64,000 bases of DNA from Cetorhinus maximus (GCF_964194155.1 NC_135913.1:9486001-9550000); one strand, 5' to 3'; positions 23,800 through 36,828 are shown, counted from the stretch's first letter. Numbers and translations are program-made. Notes: generated by a model not told the origin, from the letters alone.

Positions 23800-24310
23800 C
23801 ACAAAAAACAAACATTGGTGTAATGGGAATAAGATAAGTAGGATTTGTAAGTGCCCCTAAGCGTCCAGCCTCAGCTGGTGCATCCCGCCTGGTTCTGGGC
23901 GCTGCTTGTTAGGAAGGATATGAGGGATACTGGGAGGAGGGGAGAAGAAATTCACGAGAGTGGCTCCTGGGATGAGGAACTTCAGTTAGGAAGATAGATT
24001 GGAGAGGTTAGGACTGCTTTTCTGGGAGAAAATAAGGCTGAGAGGAGATTTGATAGAAGGATTGAAAATCACGAGGGGCCTGCGCAGATTTGATGGGAAG
24101 AAAGTGTCCCCGTTCGTGAAAGGATCAAGTTCGAGCTGTTGCAGATTTAAAGTAGTTACTAATAAAAAACTGAGACGAAGAAAATTAAAACTTTTTTTTC
24201 TCGCAGAAAGAGGTTAAGGTCTGGCATGCAGAGCCTGTGAGTGTGGTGAAAGCAGCTGCAATGGAAGCATTAAGAAGGGACTGATATCTGGAAATGAAGA
24301 GCGTTCATGT
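23800..24310 (+). mobile_element. CR1 LINE 3' fragment
   Basis: LERLGLLFWEKIRLRGDLIEGLKI. Confidence 0.85.
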
Positions 24311-24467
24311 GTGCAACTTAATATCTCACCTGAAGAAATACAATCTTCAAAGCTTTGAAAGCCCAGTGCAGGTGAATGTTTCCAATTCGCACGAATGAAC
24401 AATAATGTTTGTAGCGAAGAAGTGGGATGCAACTCAGAACTTTGCAGTGGAAACTCTGGTCAGTGTT

Positions 24468-24541
24468 GGGTTTGTGACTTGGTTGGTTAAAGCGCTTGTT
24501 TAATGCACATGAAATTCTGCATTTAAATGTCAGTGGCGCCT
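24468..24541 (+). pseudogene. tRNA-Thr(AGT) pseudogene (anticodon now AAT)
   Basis: GTGACTTGGTTGGTTAAAGCGCTTGTTTAATGCAC...CAGTGGCGCCT. Confidence 0.78.
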
Positions 24542-25232
24542 TTATCCGTTCAGTCAATGCATGGTTTTAAATTAAACCAATGACGTCCTGAAGCAGGATA
24601 GGGAATTAGGCACCGATGAAATGAAGCCAGAGAGGATCACCGTTTCCTTGGGGGGTTCATGTGGAAGGAGCATTTTGAAATATTACTGGCGAAAATATGA
24701 GCGAGGGTTGAATTATTTATGTTACTGCGTGTTCTTCAGGAAAGAATGAGGAGGGATAAGTGTTGCAGTCTTTTTTGATGAGACCTTGGGCTGACACTAT
24801 TTCCAACTCGACACTTTATGATTCGCACAATGTATAGCGTTACTCCGAATGAGCTTTGTTGTTTTCAGTGTGATGGCGTCACCGGTTTCCACAACAAACA
24901 CTGTAAGATTTTAAAAATATTTTTTTATCCACTTGCGAAATCTACCTCTATGCTTTTTGTAGCTTCCCACTCCAATTGTATCTTCCCGAAACCCATGAAA
25001 TCTTCAAAGTTTTAAAGGCCCAGCGCAGATACCTGGGCAACAGCAGTTGTCACATCACACGTCACTGGTAAGGAGCGGGTAGTTGGTGCAAATTAGAATA
25101 TTTGTGAAATGAAGCCAAAGGGAGGCTGCCGGTTTGCCTGTCAGGGGAATGCGCTGCACAGGATGAAATACCTAAGAAGAAAATTGAACAAAAGCTTGTG
25201 ATACCTCTTGTTGGACAGTGATGGTGCGCAGA

Positions 25233-25305
25233 GCCCGAGTAGCTCAGTCTGTAGAGCATCAGATATTTAGCCTGAGGGTAAAGGCTTGATGTCCCTGTCT
25301 GTGCG
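25233..25305 (+). pseudogene. tRNA-Lys(TTT) pseudogene
   Basis: GCCCGAGTAGCTCAGTCTGTAGAGCATCAGA...CTGAGGGT...GTCCCTGT; T-loop mutated. Confidence 0.88.
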
Positions 25306-26221
25306 TTGCCTTTTGGATCAAGGTGTTGACTGCCAAAGAAAAGACAAAAAAACTGAGCAATGGTCGCGGAAATCTTCAAGGAAAACTGAAGTAACGGAGG
25401 AGTTTGGTTGATTACCAAGGAAAGATCCACCCTCTCGGAACTGAGGTAGCCTCGATCAATTTATGAATTGTTACTGGGATTCCTGATGCTCCAAGTGTGA
25501 GAAGTGCTTCGCGACATATCCGTTATTTGGCACTGCCGCTGTGGAGCTGTGGCAAAACTAAATGTTAAAGTTCATGCCCGTTCTTGCCACCAGAGGAAAC
25601 AACTACTCCGCGTTTAACCTAACAATTTATTTTAGCAGGTTATAAACTTCAACCAGATCACCCTTCATTCTCCTGTAATCAAGGGAATAGAGAAAAGAAA
25701 AATCCCTGAAAGTAGGAAAAAATGTGTGCAGGGATGGGGGGAAGTCGGGGGGATTGACAGTGGGCGAATTTCTCCTTCAAAGAGTCAGTGCAGGCAGGAT
25801 CGGGCAAATGGCCTCCCTCTGTTCTGTACCCATTCTATGTTTATCGAATCCAGGATGATGAAACTTTAACTCCAAATGTAACCTACTGAACTCTGGAATC
25901 CCACTGGTGAATCAGCACCGCTACCATTCCAAGCTCAGCATAATCCTGGTCTTTCTTCTGAGTGGTGTCTGTAAGAAGATGAGAAATAGGAGCAGGCGTG
26001 TCATGTGTCTCACTGTTTCTCAAGCATTCCAGAACTTTCCGTTTGAATATCCGCCTCAATTGCTCCTTCCTGAAAATTCTCAATTCGCGATGACCTACAG
26101 CCCCATAGCAGATGAAGAATTCCAAATGAGTTTACTGCAAAATAATCAAATACGGTTCAAAACAGGGGTGCGTGATAAAAACAAAAAGCTAAAAGCTTCT
26201 GCGTGATGTTGCTTGTAACTT

Positions 26222-26288
26222 AGCGCCGTGGATGGTACCTTACATTTAATAATGCAGACAGTTCTGAGTTCGGTTCTCAATAGCGCGG
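26222..26288 (+). pseudogene. tRNA-Thr-like pseudogene with internal deletion
   Basis: Positional paralogue of 22969; GCGCCGTGG...CTGAGTTCGGTTCTCA. Confidence 0.55.
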
Positions 26289-26935
26289 TTATTTATTTCA
26301 AATTAATTAGGTAAAGAGCTGAACATTTCCAAGTCGGGAGGAAGCATATAGAATGACGTGCGAATATAAAGAAGCACAATAGGGTCGAAATTCTCTTCGA
26401 AGTGAACATGTACCATTGTTCTTAAGAATCGCTCCCTCTTCATTTCATCCTAATGAACCTGTGGGTTTGCCCAGTTACCCGAATGATAGCCGCTTCGGGG
26501 TTAGTGCAAAATTTCTGCAGCGGATTCCATTTTCTTTTCCTCTTAGATCTTTATCCGCTGCACACATTTTCAAAAAGAGGGATATTACGGGTCAATTTTC
26601 GAAAGCCTCAAGGGATTTGAGAAGTAATTCTGGCAAAAAAAACAAGGCTTTAAAGTTATCTCAATCAACCACAATTTATTTCAATGGAATTTGTTCCCCG
26701 CTTTCATTCCACCCGCAAACTCTTCTTGACATGGATCTCAGTGAAAAAGAAGGTGACCGTGTGGTTTCTGTCAACGTGCTGGTGATGCGGTTTGGGCCAT
26801 TGCCCAACTGAGACTGGGACAGGGCCCCAGGGTAGGATTGCTCCGACGCTTGGAATACGTTAACAGCTTTTTTCTTTTATTCCTTTGTGGATGTGAGGAT
26901 CGCTGGTAAGGTCATCATTTATTTGTGGAGCCTCT

Positions 26936-29900
26936 CTTTCCTTTAACCGCCCCGTGATCACACTCTGTCCCTTTAACCTCCCCATGATCTCACTCTCTGT
27001 ACCTTTAACCTCCCCATGATCAAACTCTCTGTCCCTTTAACCTCCCCGTGTTATCACTCTCTAACCCTTTAACCTCCCCGTGATCAAACTCTGTCCCTTT
27101 AACCTCCCCATGATCTCACTCTCTGTACCTTTAACCTCCCCATGATCTCACTCTCTGTCCCTTTAACCTCCCCGTGATCAAACTCTCTGTCCCTTTAACC
27201 TCCCCGTGATCAAACTCTCTGTCCCTTTAACCTCCCCGTGATCTCACTCGCTTTCCCTTTAACCTCCGGTTGGTCTCACTCTCTGTCCCTTTAACCTCCC
27301 CGTGATCAAACTCTCTGTCCCTTTAACCTCCCCGTGATCTCACTCGCTTCCCCTTTAACCTCCGGTTGGTCTCACTCTCTGTCCCTTTAACCTCCCCGTG
27401 ATCACACTCTCTGTCCCTTTAACCTGCCCGTGATCTCACTCTCTGTCCCTTTAACCTCCCCGTGATCTCACTCTCTGTCCCTTTAGCCTCCCCGTGATCT
27501 CACTCTCTGTCCCATTAACCTCCGCGTGATTTCACTCACTGTCCCTTTAACCACCACGTGATCTCACTCTCTGTCCCTTTAACCTCACCGTGATCCCACT
27601 CTCTGTCCCTTTAACCTCACCGTGATCCCACTCTCTGTCCCTTTAACCTCACCGTGATCCCACTCGCTGTCCTTTAAAATCACTGTGATCTCACTCTCTG
27701 TCCCTGTAACTTCTCCGTGATCTCACTCTCTGTCCCTTTAACCTCCCCGTGATCTCACCCTCTGTCCCTTTAACCTCCCCGTGATCTCACTCTCTGTTTC
27801 TTTAACCTGCCCCTGATCTCACTCTCTGTCCCTTTAACCTCCCTGTGATCTCACTCTCTGTCCCATTAACCTCCCAATTATCTCACTCTCTGTCCCCTTA
27901 ACATCGCCGTGATTTCACTCTCTGTCCCTTTAACCTCCCTCTGATCTCACTCTCTGTCCCATTAACCTCCCAATTATCTCACTCTCTGTCCCCTTAACAT
28001 CGCCGTGATTTCACTCTCTGTCACTTTAACCTCCCCGTGATCGCACCCTCTGTTGCTTTAAACTCACCGTGATCTCACTCACTGCCTCTTTAAAGTGCCC
28101 GTGATCTCACTCTCTGTCCCCTTAACCTCCCCGTGATCTCTCTCTCTCTTTAACCTACCGTGATCTCACTCTCTGTCCCTTTAAACTCCCCGTGCTCTCT
28201 CACTTTGTCCCATTTTCCTCCCCGTGATCTCACTCCCTGTCCCTTTAACCTCACCGTGATCTCACTCTCTTTCCCTTATACCTCCCCGTGATCACTGTCT
28301 TTTCCTTTAAAGTCCCCGTAATCTCACTCTCTGTCATTTTAACCTCCCCGTGATCACTCTCTGTACCTTTAACCTCCCCATGATCTCACTCGCTTTCCCT
28401 TTAACCTCCGGGTGGTCTCACTCTCTGTCCCTTTATCCTCCCCGTGATCTCACTCTCTTTCCCTTTAACCTCCCCGTGATCACACTCTCTGTCCCTTTAG
28501 CCTCCCCGTGATCTCAATCTCTGTCCCATTAACCTCCGCGTGATCTCACTCTCTGTCCCTTTAACCACACCGTGATCACACTCTCTGTCCCTTTAACCAC
28601 CACGTGATCTCACTCTCTGTCCCTTTAACCTCCCCGTGATCTCAATCTCTGTCCCTTTAACCTCACCGTAATCCCACTCGCTGTCCTTTAACCTCCCCGT
28701 GATCTCACTCTCTGTCCCTTTAACCTCCCTGTGATCTCACTCTCTGTCCCTTTAACCTCCCCGTGATCTCACTCTCTGTCCCATTAACCTCCCCATTATC
28801 TCACTCTCTGTCCCTTTAACCTGCCCGTGATCTCACTCTCTTTCACTTTAACCTCCCCGTGATTGCACCCTCTGTCGCTTTAAACTCACCGTGATCTCAC
28901 TCACTGCCCCTTTAAAGTGCCCGTGATCTCACTCTCTGTCCCCTTAACCTCCCCGTGATCTCACTCTCTGTCCCTTTAACCTCCCCGTGATCTCACTCTC
29001 TGTCCCTTAACATTCCCGTGATCTCACTCTGTGTTTCTTTAACCTCCCATTGATCTCACTCTCTGTCCCTTAACCTCCCCGTGATCACACTCTCTGTCCC
29101 TTTAACCTCCCCGTGATCTCACTCTGTCCCTCTAACCTCCCCGTGATCTCATTCTCTGTCCCTTTAACCTCCCCGTGATCTCACTCTCTGTCCCTTTAAC
29201 CTCCCCGTGATCTCACTCTCTGTCCCTTTAACCTCCCCGTAATCTCACTCTCTGTCTCTTTAACCTCCCTGTGATCTCACTGCCTGTCCCTTTAACCTGC
29301 CCGTGATCTCATTCTCTGTCCCTTTATCCTCCCCGTGAGCTCTCTCTCTCTTTAACCTCACCCTGATCTCACTCCCTGTCCCTTTAAACTCCCCGTGATC
29401 TCTCACTTTGTCCCATTAACCTCCCCGTGATCACCCTCCTTGTCCCTTTAACCTCCCCCTGATCTCACTCTCTGTCCCTTTAACCTCCCCGTGATCTCAC
29501 TCTCTGTCCCTGTAACCTCCCCGTGATCTCACTCTCTGTCCCTGTAACCTCCCCGTGATTTCACCTTCTTTCCCCTTAGCCTCCCCGTGATCTCACCCTC
29601 TGACCCTTTATCATTCCCGTGATCTCACTCTCTGTCCTTTTAACCTCCCCGTGATCTCACTCTCTGTCCCTTTAACATACCCATGATCTGAATATCTGTC
29701 CCTTTAACCTCCCCGTGAACTCACACTCTCTGTCCCTTTAACCTCCCCGTGATCACACTCTCTGTCCCTTTAACCTCCCCGTGATCTCACTCTCTGTCCC
29801 TTTAACCTCCCCGTGATCTCACTCTCTGTCCCTTCAACCTCCCCGTGATCTCACTCTCTGTCCCTTTAACCTCCCCGTGATCTCACTCTCTGTCGGTTTA

Positions 29901-30352
29901 ACATCCCGGTGATCTCACACTCTGTCCCTTTAACGTCCCCGTGATCACTCTCTGTCCCTTTAACCTCCCCGTGATCTCACTCTCTGTCCTTTAACCTCCC
30001 CGTAATCTCACTCTCTGTCCCTTTATCCTCCCCGTGATCTCACACTCTGTCCCTTTAACCTCCCCGTGATCTCACTCTCTGTCCTTTAACCTCCCCGTGA
30101 TCTGACTCTCTGTCCCGTTAACCTCCCCGTGATCTCACTCTCTGCCCCTTTAACTTCCCCATGATCTCACTCTCTGTCCCTTTAACCTCCTCGTGATCAC
30201 TCTCTGCACCTTTAACCTCCCCATTATCTCACTCACTGTCCCTTTAACCTCCCCGTGATATCACTCTCTGCCCCATTAACCTCCCCGTGATCTCCCTCCC
30301 TGTCCCTTTAACCTCCCCGTGATCTCACTCTCTGTCCCTTTAACCTCCCCAT
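26936..30352. repeat. 32-bp minisatellite (CCTTTAACCTCCCCGTGATCTCACTCTCTGTC)n, about 107 copies
   Basis: Direct reading; period 32, e.g. 29161 to 29193. Confidence 0.98.
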
Positions 30353-30399
30353 GATACCCTCTGGCTTCACACATAATGACGTGACATGGTAATACATGC

Positions 30400-30580
30400 A
30401 AATGGAGTCCCCGTCATGGATCAGTGGGAGGCTTGACTCGCCGTCACGGCAGGAAAGTTCTGAGTGTAAAATTCAAAACTGTTTTCCAGCTGAAGGATCT
30501 CCGATTTTGGCCTCTCTCTGAGTTTTCCGGCCCCACCTGCCAAGAAACCTGCTGCAGGCCTGAGGGTAAAATCCTGTTCA
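30400..30580. mobile_element. Probable DNA-transposon (Harbinger/MITE-like) end adjoining the minisatellite
   Basis: Imperfect hairpins ending in GGTAAAATCCTG, similar in style to other GC-rich MITE-like segments in the window. Confidence 0.35.
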
Positions 30581-30879
30581 CACTTTCCATACCTTGGATA
30601 ATAATACGAGATGTTAGCAGTTGGAGTATTAATCAGTTAGTCTGCAGTTTGGAGAGATGATGTCAAATCTCATGTTCAAGGAGGGAGGATGACAACATTT
30701 CAGTTGGTGCATATTAACCATCGGGCTAAATTCAGAAATAAACACACTGACCCAAAGTTGTGTGTTTAACAATATTAACGGAGGAAAATGAAATAACTGG
30801 TGAGATAGGACATGTGTAGCTGTAGCCGAATTTCCCTGTTGGATTCCATTAACGTTGCAATGAAGACGAAGGTTCTGTT

Positions 30880-31560
30880 TGATTTCTAAATAACTGGCTG
30901 TACCTGCGTGCTATTTTTTTTTAGTTATGTAGAAGGATATCCAGAACCTGCTCCACTGTAGGATTATTTCCCATTTAAATATGCTCCTGTTCTTTTTTTG
31001 TTATTCCTACATCTAAAATGCACAACCCCTCATTTTCCCATATCATGCTGCATTTGCCTTTTTTGCCCACTCACATTTAAGTACTTATAATAATTTGGAG
31101 ACTCTTTGCATTACCCACGTAACATGCTTTCCTACCTATCTTGAAATCGCCACCCGATTCGTCTACAATATCGCCTGTCCCTTCAATCAAGTCATTCAAA
31201 AAGATCATACATATTTGGGGCCCCAGCGCTGATCCCGATGACAGTCTATTGATTACACTTTGTCCATAAGAAATTAACACATTCAGCCCAAATTTATGTT
31301 TGACGTTTGTTCGCCAATCCGCTACATGAATGCATGTATCTCAGTTCAGCGCCCCCAACACCCCAACGGTGCCTCTCCCGCCCCCACGCATTAACGCCAC
31401 TCCAAAACGCACATATATTATGAGCTTTCATCTCGTGTAACAATATTAACTGAGGCAACTTCTCGACTGGGTTTTGGAAATTCAAATTTGTCACATTTGT
31501 TTCGCCAGTATCCACACTTCTCCATACATTCTTAAAGGATTCTTATAACAAAACCTGATA
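30880..31560 (-). mobile_element. CR1 LINE RT fragment
   Basis: GSALGPQICMIFLNDL; NLNFQNPVEKLPQLILL. Confidence 0.75.
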
Positions 31561-31739
31561 AGTTCCATACCCAGTGTTGATATATCAGATTAGTTTATCA
31601 CTGGGCTGCAATTTTATGTTAATTTTTTGCGGGGTGTGAGATAAGCTTATGTCTGCACTAGGCTGGGATCGATTATACAGTCGAGGATTACAGAGAACAT
31701 CACAGCGAAATGGTGGTTTTACATAATGCCACCGGATTA

Positions 31740-32640
31740 GTGTTCCAGAGGTCCAGGCTAACGCTTCAGTCCATGAGGAGTTGCGAATGGTGCTAAACAA
31801 TACACAATCAACAGCGACGATCCCCACTCCTGACCTTATGACGGGAGAATGGTCATTGATGAAGCAGCTAAAGATGGTTGGGCCTAGGACACTACCCTGC
31901 AGGAGGCAGTGATGTCCTGAAAATGAGATGTTTGACCTCCGACGACCACAACAATCTCCCTTTGCACTAGATATGACTGCAACCAGCGGCAAGTTTTCCA
32001 CCTGATTCCCATTGGCTCCAGTTTTGCTAGTGCTCCTGGGAGGTGTCAGCTGTGGCTCAGTTCATAGCACCCTCGCCTTTGAATCAGAGGGTTGTGGGTT
32101 CATGTCCCACTCCCGGAAACCAGGAACTGTGATTGTACTCGAAAGAGTTGCAATCTGTGACTGTTGATAACTCGAAAGAGTTTCCCGGGAAAAAAAAAAG
32201 TCAAGAACTGTGAACGTACTCGAAAGAGTTGGTTCCATACTCTGTCAAATACTGCTTGCTGTCAACGGCAGTCAATCTCACGTTCTTTAACGTTCAGCTC
32301 TTTTGCCCATGTTTGAACCAAGGTTTTAATGAGGTCAGCTGAATTGCCCTATCTGAACCAAAACTGAGCGTCAGTGAGCAGGTTCTTGCTAAGCAAATGC
32401 CATTTTGATAGCACTATGATGACCCTTCCCATCATTTTACTGATGATCGAGAGTGGACCGATGCGGAGTTCATTGGGCATACTTGACTGGTTATGCTTCT
32501 TTTGTACAGTATAAGCCTGGACAATTTTCCACATTGCCGAGTAGATGTCATTGTTGTAGCTGGACTGGGAAAGCTTGGCTATGGGTGCAAAAAGTTCTGG
32601 AACTCGAGCCGTCAGTTCTATTGCCAAAATGTTGTATCTG
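31740..32640 (-). mobile_element. CR1/L2-clade LINE RT fragment
   Basis: QGSVLGPTIFSCFIND; PELFAPIAKLSQSSY...LLSKNLLTDAQFWFR. Confidence 0.85.
32044..32120 (+). mobile_element. tRNA-derived SINE head inserted in the LINE
   Basis: TGTCAGCTGTGGCTCAG (A box)...GTGGGTTCATGTCCCAC (B box); 3' truncated. Confidence 0.75.
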
Positions 32641-32663
32641 AATAACAGAACATACTCCAGAGA

Positions 32664-32920
32664 TTGGATGGCCTCACCAAATCAAAGCATTGGGAACAGC
32701 GACTCATCTATCGACTCAGCACTTTACAGTCTCCAAAAATGAACACTCAGTTCAGCAATTTTAATTCATTATGTCCGCCTGCACCGTTTCATTACTTTTT
32801 CTTTTTCTTTGCTGGCCTTGGTTTAGTCCCGTTTCTTTCGTTATTCCCTCATGTGCCTTTGCACGTTTGTTATGCACACATTCATGAGCTCACCAACACA
32901 CAATTGTTGTTCATTTGAAG
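32664..32920 (+). mobile_element. Penelope-like element remnant (GIY-YIG C-terminus)
   Basis: KHWEQRLIYRLSTLQSPKMNTQFSNF. Confidence 0.75.
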
Positions 32921-32929
32921 GCGAACGTA

Positions 32930-33550
32930 AAATTGGCTTTTATTGCAAGAGGAATGGAGAACAGGAATAATTACATGTTGCTCTAATTGCACACGTTTTT
33001 GTTGAGACCTGGTTTTAAACACCGTTCGCACTTCTGATCTCCATATTTAATGAAGGAAACACTTTCAGTAAAGGCGGCACAGCAAAGGTTCAATAATTGG
33101 AACACGGGTGAGCGTTTGACTATGAGGATGAGCTGGATAAACTGTGCCTATAATCTCAGGAGTTTACATCCGAGAGGCAATCTAATTGAAACATACACGA
33201 TTATGAAGGGGATTGATTGCATAAATCTAGTTTAGAGATTGTTTCTGCTGGCTGGGGAATGTAAAACCCGGGGCATAATCTCATGATAAGATGCAAATCA
33301 TTTCGGATTGAGATAAGGTGGCATTACTTCCCTCAAGAAGCAGAGAATCGTTGGAATTCTCTACCACCGATACTTCATCGTTGAATATAGTTAAAAGTGG
33401 TATAGACCGATTTTTGGTCGCTCAGGGAATCTGAGGATATTGGGATTGGACTGGAGAATGTAGTTAAAGACCAAGATCAGCATGATCGTATTGAATGGCG
33501 GGCAATGTTCGACAGGCCGTATGGTTTATTCCTGCTCCTAATTTTTGTGC
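32930..33550 (+). mobile_element. CR1 LINE 3' fragment
   Basis: RGNLIETYTIMKGID; 3' tail ttcctgctcctaatt. Confidence 0.8.
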
Positions 33551-34109
33551 TATTTCTAAACCCGTCACCACCCCCTTTGGATGTTCTCCACGGAAAACCC
33601 TTTGTCATTTAATATCTCCTGTCTCTACCCTTTCCCAAGCCTTCATGTCTGCAGACCAGTTCTCTCTTCTTGACACTCGTTCTCTTAGAATAAAGGTTTC
33701 CCGTCTTGAATCATCGATATTGATTTTATTCAAAGAAGGAAGAGGAGCTATATATCCAAGTTCATAACATTACTCCAAGGGCATCAATTTACTGCATAAC
33801 ATTTTACATAGAAGGAGATATACTAAACCCAAGAAAATCAGCTAAGAAATATGATGTTGTAAGAGAATGTGTAGGGATCAGGAATTCATGACAGCTCGTT
33901 CACTTGGTGGTTATGTATGGTATTCCCGCACCATCAATGTAGAGATCTGCATTGAATTCAGAAGTTTCCACTCAGTCCACTTTCCTTTTGTAATACCAGA
34001 GCAAAAATGCACTAACATAAAAGAAAAGGCAAAGGACATTTAGAGTTGTGTATTGAATTATTTCGAAAATTCAGGCTTTTTCCATCCTGCCTGTCCAGAA
34101 ACAGATTGA

Positions 34110-34275
34110 TGCAAAAACAGAAAATGCTGGAAAAACTCAGCAAGTCTGACAGCATCTGTGGAGAGAGGAAAAAAAATACAAAGTTAACGTTTTGAGTCCG
34201 CATGACTCTTCTTCAGAGCTGATAGAGGCAATAACCGGGATAATATTTCAGGTCGATGAGCTCCCGTCAAAACAG
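34110..34275 (-). mobile_element. Penelope-derived repeat with hammerhead motif (34182-34219)
   Basis: Minus strand CTGAAGA A GAGTC ATGCG GACTC AAAAC GTT AAC (GAAA mutated to AAAA). Confidence 0.7.
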
Positions 34276-34399
34276 ACTTCTCCTGCACAGTTTCAAAACC
34301 TTTTCAGTTGGTCACATTGAGAAGCAAGAAAACGTACCTTCTTTGGATGTTCTCACAAAGAATATGAGATGCTCAATGCAGTGGCAGAAATACTTAAAG

Positions 34400-34880
34400 T
34401 TTGACATCGTCCAGTATCAGAAAACTGCTTTATTGGCAGCAGCGCAGCCCTACCACGCTCCCACCCCAGATTCCCACTTTGAAAAGGTAGTCCCTCCGCC
34501 ACCGACACACACTGGCAGCAGTGTGCTCCATCTATAGGGTACACTGCAGCAAATTGTCAAGACCCCTTCGACGGCAACTTCCAGGAAGGCAACTTCTATC
34601 ATCAAGGAGGACTATCGCTGGACGCGCGTGAGAAAACCCGTACCTTCACGTTTCCCTCCAAGCCACACACTATACTGACCTGGAACAGAATTACCATTCC
34701 TTCACTTTTACTGGGCCAAAAAACCTGGAAATCTGATGTGCCTACACCAAAGGGGCAGCAGTGTTTCAAGCAGGTGGCTCACTACCATCCTCTCATTCAC
34801 AACCAAAGAAGGAGAATAAACTATGGCCTTACCAGCGGCAGGCAAATCCAAGAATGCATAACATATATTGCCCATGTCAT
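34400..34880 (+). mobile_element. CR1/L2-clade LINE 3' end
   Basis: Same family as 9840-10400 and 46320-46870. Confidence 0.75.
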
Positions 34881-35449
34881 TCCAAATTCGCGCCAACCAC
34901 CACCATCCCCCCCACCACCACCAACCCAGGTCATGTCCCATCCTCGAGGGAATGCGACAAATAGTGACCTCAAACTTTCCACCTACACATTGACGGACAC
35001 AAAAAGGTCATTCTCTGGTTCAGTGAGATTAATGTCGTGAACCGATTCAAAGTGGAATGCCGGCGGAGAACAAAATGCTTTGAAAGAAATTATGATTGAC
35101 TGAGGAGCCTTTAAATTCTTAATTATCTGCACTGAATTGTTTCCCAAGTCCCGTGAGATTACTGTGGAGTGACCCGTGATATCCCTATTTGTGAAAGGCT
35201 GTGCGGTGGATTAAGATAGAAGGGCTGATAACATGGATGTTTATTTTTCATCACCACATCCACAATAACCACCAATCAGTGGGCTCTTGCTCTCCGTAAT
35301 CGAGGGCAATAAGTCAAACGATTCCTTACGCATGAACCTTGAGAGAGAATATTGATTCTCTCCGGCTTCTTTATATTGGCACATAAGTTTCAAATCCACT
35401 TCTCGGCTTGTTTGGCTTGATGGGAACCATGCATTGACTAAACGGATGG

Positions 35450-35514
35450 AGGTACTGTGCAGATTTTGAAGTCAGCATCTCCTGTTTACTGGCTTGGTTC
35501 TATGCCATGGCGCC
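35450..35514 (-). pseudogene. tRNA-Thr(AGT) pseudogene within an inverted unit fragment (35380-35640)
   Basis: Minus strand GGCGCCATGGCATAG...CCAGTAAACAGGAGATGCTG; flanks match 21180-21420. Confidence 0.75.
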
Positions 35515-35689
35515 AACCAGCAGTTGAGTTTTCCAATACAACGACCTGAATTGTACCCAACTATTTTGCTGCAAGCATCATTGTTCATATGTTCTGAAGC
35601 TGCATGACAGCGCGAATTGAGAACATTCGCTTCAAAAAGCGTCCGAGCACCGACATGGCTCCAACTTAGCGGGGTAGTACATATGGTTT

Positions 35690-36080
35690 CCTACCAAATT
35701 TAGAAGAATCAGAGGTGATTCGCTTGAATTAGAACATTTTTCATGGGCCTTGACAGGGTAGATTTTAGCAATATGTTTCCAAAGGCTCGGGATTCGAGCA
35801 CTAGTGGTCAGAATCTCAGAGGAGAGCGTCAGCCATTATGGCGAGATCAGCTAAAATGTCTTCATTCAAATGGTTGGGTATCTTTTGAATTCCAGGTTGT
35901 GGATGATCGCGAGTTCAAAACAGCGATGGATCCATCTCGGGGATTTATGGGAATCTTTGGGACATGTGGATAGATCAGGAACGTGTTATTGAGGCAGATC
36001 ATCCAGGAAGTTGTTGAATATTTGAGAAGCCGTGAAGACCAGTACCTGATTACGCCTGCTCCTATTTCTTATGTTCTTAC
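35690..36080 (+). mobile_element. CR1 LINE 3' end
   Basis: MGLDRVDFSNMFP; tail cctgctcctatttcttatgttctta. Confidence 0.8.
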
Positions 36081-36755
36081 ATAAATTACATAATCAGAGG
36101 AACAATAAAGATTATATTGACCTTATAGCAGAAGCATTACAGATTCATCAGTAGGATTCCCTTTTTAAGCAGGTTACATTCATAGTACAAGTTCCATACT
36201 CATAGAATCAAAGATTGGTCACATAACAGAAGGATGATATTCAGCCCATCTTGTCTGCACTGGTACATTGAAGGGATAATTTACTGCCCTCACTCCTCAA
36301 CCTTTCTCCAGGTCCCCTTCACATTCCTAATTTTCAAGCCTTCTTCAAATTTCTGGTCTCTTCAGCATAGAATAATGAAGTGTCACCTGATCGAGATTTC
36401 CACCCTGCCAAAATGCGTTGTTAGGTTAAACACGGGGAAAATGTTTCCACCAGTGAAAAAAGTGGATGCCAAATGTAATATGTGTCTGCCATTGGTCCAC
36501 AGCAATGGAGCCTAGGACAACCAAGTTAATGTCAGGAAGCAATTTTCAAACTAAGGGCTGCTGGAAATCAAGGTATAATTCTTAAAATAATCGAGGCTAC
36601 CACAATCTCTGGATGTTTTTTTTTGTTTTTGCTCTTATTTGCAAATCAGTGAAGCGCCTCTGTTTCTTCGGCTCTACTTGAAGAATTGAGCATATTTTGC
36701 TCGCCTTCTCTTCCCTGCCGTTCCACAGGGAACGAAACTCTTGGCCACAGGGCAA

Positions 36756-36828
36756 TCCTTAGATACCAAATCCAACCCAGGAGCCCCATTTTAAACGTCT
36801 GATGCTCTCTCAACTGAGCTATTCGGGC
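36756..36828 (-). pseudogene. tRNA-Lys(TTT) pseudogene
   Basis: Minus strand GCCCGAATAGCTCAGTTGAGAGAGCATCAGACGTTTAA; 3' half decayed. Confidence 0.8.

Larger units (their letters stand above)
24315..26930 (+). repeat. Copy B of the tRNA-cluster duplication unit
   Basis: Colinear with copy A; ends at the minisatellite. Confidence 0.92.

Noticed and set aside
26936-30352. CRISPR-like 32-bp repeat array
   Set aside because: Units are head-to-tail with no unique spacers, the context is eukaryotic and there are no cas genes
32044-32120. Additional tRNA gene
   Set aside because: Matches a SINE head inserted in a LINE; no complete cloverleaf
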